Positions 60,701-64,000 of a DNA stretch of 64,000 bases are shown here, in pieces. The notes under the pieces were generated by a model. It did no database searches. It was not told the DNA's origin and was given only the letters and a program-made list of their open reading frames with translations. Position numbers and translations under genes: made by a program. The stretch comes from Zygnema circumcarinatum SAG 698-1b (Eukaryota > Plantae > Zygnematophyceae), in assembly GCA_037447605.1 (NCBI GenBank), contig CM074806.1:3100001-3164000 (forward strand). The letters run 5' to 3'. Position 1 is the first letter of the stretch; each line of letters opens with the position of its first letter.

Positions 60701-62755
60701 ACAGCAGCTCCTTGTGCCCTTCGAGTCGTGCGTGTAGAGGAGGTAAGAGGGGCCCTTGCAAACAAGCAGTCAATACAAGTTCAGAAACTTTGCAATGTGG
60801 ATTGAAACAACTAGGACCAAGAGGTCTCTGGCTCAGTCGAAACTAACTTGGAAGGACGAGTTTGCATAATCTAAACATCATGATACTCTGTTATCAAGCA
60901 ATCACTTTGAGTTTATGTGCAACTTATGCAGGTTCCTAGAAGCTTCCATCCTTGTTTTGGTGCTCATTGGCGACAATACCTTTACCTTCTACCGCTAAAT
61001 GATGATGAGGGCGGGCCTTGTACCGTCGCCAGTCCAGACTTTTCTAGTGGCAACAGCTGTTATGGTTCCATGTCTGCACATGACGAATCAACAAGAATGA
61101 GGGCTTCGGGAATCAAGCAATGTATGCGTGGGGAAGGAACTGATCCTTTAGTCTTGGGTACTGAAAAGGGTACGCCTTTTGTAGAATCAGGGGCAATAGA
61201 CAGCGGAGGCGTAGCAGAGAGAGAAAGAGCAGCAGATAAGGAGGAGGGATCTGCCGGTCATGGCTGCGAGGAGGGGCATGTGGGGAGCTCTTATCCAATG
61301 GGCATCCATGTGGCATCAGTCGATAGGATGCTGAGGGTCCTTGAAGGAGAAGATTTGTCTTACACGGTTTTTGCAAGAGACACGAAGCCACAGAAGAGCA
61401 GGTGGGCTTACATATGTGATGTTGTTGTCGAGCTTTTCATTGACCTTTTTTTGAGAGGTTTTGCTGGGGGTTATGTTTCCCGGTCGATTTCCCCACTGCC
61501 AGAAGGTCTTGTCAATGTTTGATTGTCTCATAGACCCCTGCATCCCCCTCAGAGTTGACGTCTACTGATCGTGCATCATCTGTGCAGTAGTGAACTGAAG
61601 TTACCTGGTTGTAGGTGTGCTTTGTCACCATCCGCGCCTTGGAAACTATCATCGTCTATTGACAAGTGAAATGTCCTCCTAGTTGGTCTTCCCTTTTGAT
61701 CATTTCATTTTCCTGCATGAACTGGTGGCATTGCTCGTGTGCAGTGGCCCACCGACAATGTGTCGCCTTCACCGCGCAAGGGCATTTTTGGCTCGCCTAC
61801 CAGCTCAGTTTCCGCAGGTATTTTCCCTCATGTTATCCTCCCTTCCACTCCACATTCTCAGGAAAATCATCCTTCCGTCGATCTAAAGTAGCGGTGACAT
61901 CTCCTTTATTTGCACGGAATAAAAAGAGCTTTATTTTGCTAGAGTTCTCTTGCTCGTGTCTCTACCCGTGTTAGGGATGAATCATGTGTTTCACCTCACT
62001 TGTTCCTCTACTATGATGCTCTCTTCCATCTTTAGATACCTTACCATTCATACAAACGAAGGGTGAATAACAATATATATAGGAGTTGTGACAAGTCTTT
62101 TGTCCCTCGTTTCTTGTTCCTAAATAATTATTCCACCGTTAAGAAACGGGGATTAGATGAATGGTAACGGGGACTCCTAGGGACTTCTGATGGTTCCTAC
62201 CTGACTGAACGTTCCTTTGCTTCTGAACTGTCCTTCAGGAAAACTCTATCGAAGGGGGGCAGCGAGTGATGTGTGTTGAACTCGTCGGTGATCGATTCTT
62301 GCGAAGGGTTCGTTCCATTTCTCGTCACCTATGAAAACCTACCTATGACCTACCTACCTATGACCGACCTACCTACCTATGAAAAGACGTCATTGATGCA
62401 TTCATCCTGCAAGAGGAGAGCATAGATTTTTTAAAGAAATATTCGTCTCAGTTGGTGTATACATTGCTGCAGCATGCATGAAGTGACATATAAACATGCT
62501 GTGCCGTTACCCTTCCATGGCTTCCAGATGGTACGCATTCTGGTGGCCACGGCTGTGCGGGAAGCCGCTGCAGGAGGGGGAGCAGACGCCCTGAGGGACC
62601 TGATGGCGACAGGGGACAGGAGGGCCACCGCTCCGCCTGCGCCTCCCCAGGGCCTCTGCTTGGCAAGAGTTGGCTATTCTCCCACGCTTCCAGAAGCATT
62701 TTCAGGACAAAGATCCAACAAGTTTGGCAAGTTTGATTTAGCAAACGAAATCTAA
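57786..62755 (+). CDS. TruA-family tRNA pseudouridine synthase with plant-type N-terminal extension
   Basis: Exons 57786-57934 (GC donor), 59408-59953, 60334-60479, 60651-60742, 60932-61401, 61745-61817, 62239-62307 and 62528-62755. Motifs YKLEIAYDGSAFAGWQ, catalytic AGRTDKGVHAAGQ, FH..F.A.WRQYLY, GDRFLRRMVRILV and APPQGLCL. Confidence 0.9.
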
Positions 62756-63599
62756 AATAGGTATTTTTTTTTTTTTTTTTTTACCAGCAACCCACCTTGT
62801 GCTGTAATCAGGCATTTTACCCGCTAAGGAGATAACTTGGCGCACAGTGCACCGAGCAGCCAAGGCAGTTGCTTGCTCACTGTTCTGTTCGTAACATTAT
62901 GAAATGTAATTGTGATGCTGCAAGCTTTTGGGGAAATAGTTTGACCTCCAAACGGCTCGTTGCATGGAGTTCTGATAGCCAGAGAGAGGCAGTTGCATGT
63001 CATCTGATGTGGAAGTCTCTGCCTCGTTAATTGCTAAAGATGTTTACAGCGTCATAAAGAAGAAAGTTTCCTTGCTTGATAAGGTCGACTATACACGTGA
63101 TTTCAGAGCAAATAACAAAGTCTCGCGGCGCGGGCCGCAAGTTAGAAGAAGCCATAGCAATACCACAAATTCCATATACTTAAATTCATACAGTGCACAG
63201 ACTTGAGTTTCCCTATACAACCAGAGGAACAGCTGTGCGCTTGAGAAACTGGGGTTCCTGCTGCTGCTGCTGCTCTAAGGCCTGAGAACAAAGCTCCTCA
63301 CAAAAGCTCTCCCCTCTCCTACAAGGGAGATGGAGCCTACCGTTTGCATGTGTACTATTATCTACCCTCGCTATAGCTAATACCTTGGGGGATCGACTGA
63401 CCAACCGCATGCTGTCACCTTTCAAAAAATCAAGTACAACGAAGCTACGAAGAGCTACGAAGTTCCCTTGAAAAGCCTATCCCTAAACTATCTCCTACCG
63501 GTCATCTGGGCACTTTCAGCATCAAGTAATTTTTCTCTGTACATTGCTCGAAGGTGAGGTCGTCCATGGGAGCCATGGACGGTGGCAGGTGGCAGTCCG

Positions 63600-63871
63600 T
63601 CAGAGCGTGGTCGAGCAGGAGACGTAGAGGTCGTTGCCCTCCGGCATGTCGGGGGTGTAGCCCGTGAGGACGCTGACCATCTGGCACTTGGCGTCGTCTG
63701 AGATGGGGGCCACCTTGCCGTCCTCCCAGAGCGTGGCCACGCAGCGGTCCGAGTTGGCGGTGCAGGCGGCCACGCAGCTCTCCGCGCTGTCCGCGAAGTA
63801 CGCGTCCCACACTCCCACAGGGAACGTCGCCAAGTGCAACTCGTAGCCCGCGATCACCGCGCCGCACCCGG
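63600..63871 (-). CDS. Terminal exon of a Cys-rich, probably extracellular protein (PAN/apple-like spacing); gene continues beyond the window
   Basis: Strong GC3 bias in this frame, acceptor GTGCAG|, and the sequence ESCVAACTANSDRCVATLW...KCQM. Stop at 63600-63602. Confidence 0.55.
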
Positions 63872-64000
63872 CTGCACTCACACACGGGGGAAGGGGGGGG
63901 TCAGGCAGGAGCTGGAAGCATGCCGTGGGGTAAATACAGCTGCTAACATCAAGGCCAATTGCATTCATTCAACTCGAGTGGCCAGGGCTATGGAAGTGGA

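Noticed and set aside
1-64000. tRNA, rRNA or snRNA genes
   Set aside because: No convincing T-loop/cloverleaf, rRNA or Sm-site patterns were seen by eye. tRNAscan-SE or Infernal would be needed to exclude them formally.

Overview
Intron-rich eukaryotic nuclear DNA of roughly 50% GC. Land-plant-like orthologues occur together with a soluble multi-PAS hybrid histidine kinase, which fits a streptophyte alga or other non-seed plant best (inference). Nine gene models were assembled by hand from splice signals and phase: a 14-exon PAS hybrid histidine kinase (773-10195), a tail-to-tail pair of fasciclin-like AGP paralogues, an NDA-type NADH dehydrogenase ending in SRI, a P2B/ACA Ca2+-ATPase (middle lost in an N-gap) convergent with a CNGC, mitochondrial-type ISCA1, a TruA-family pseudouridine synthase, and the last exon of a Cys-rich protein. 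Intergenic DNA is dominated by nested transposons: TA-flanked Tc1/mariner-type MITEs that insert into copies of themselves, a decayed Ty3/gypsy element plus a solo LTR inside one MITE, and a 9-bp-TSD Mutator-like foldback carrying a related nested element. The most unusual observations are (i) the adjacent Ca pump and channel both carry non-canonical ion-handling residues (M5 TTT and M6 WVDLIQD; pore STLGGG), (ii) the four-PAS membrane-less kinase, (iii) the FLA pair with conserved RRLL motifs and shared TGACAG..CTGTCA promoter pairs, (iv) a solo-LTR ORF in frame with NDA exon 1, and (v) isolated very GC-rich internal exons flanked by promoter-like CT/GA tracts. No database search was possible; all identities come from recognised motifs.
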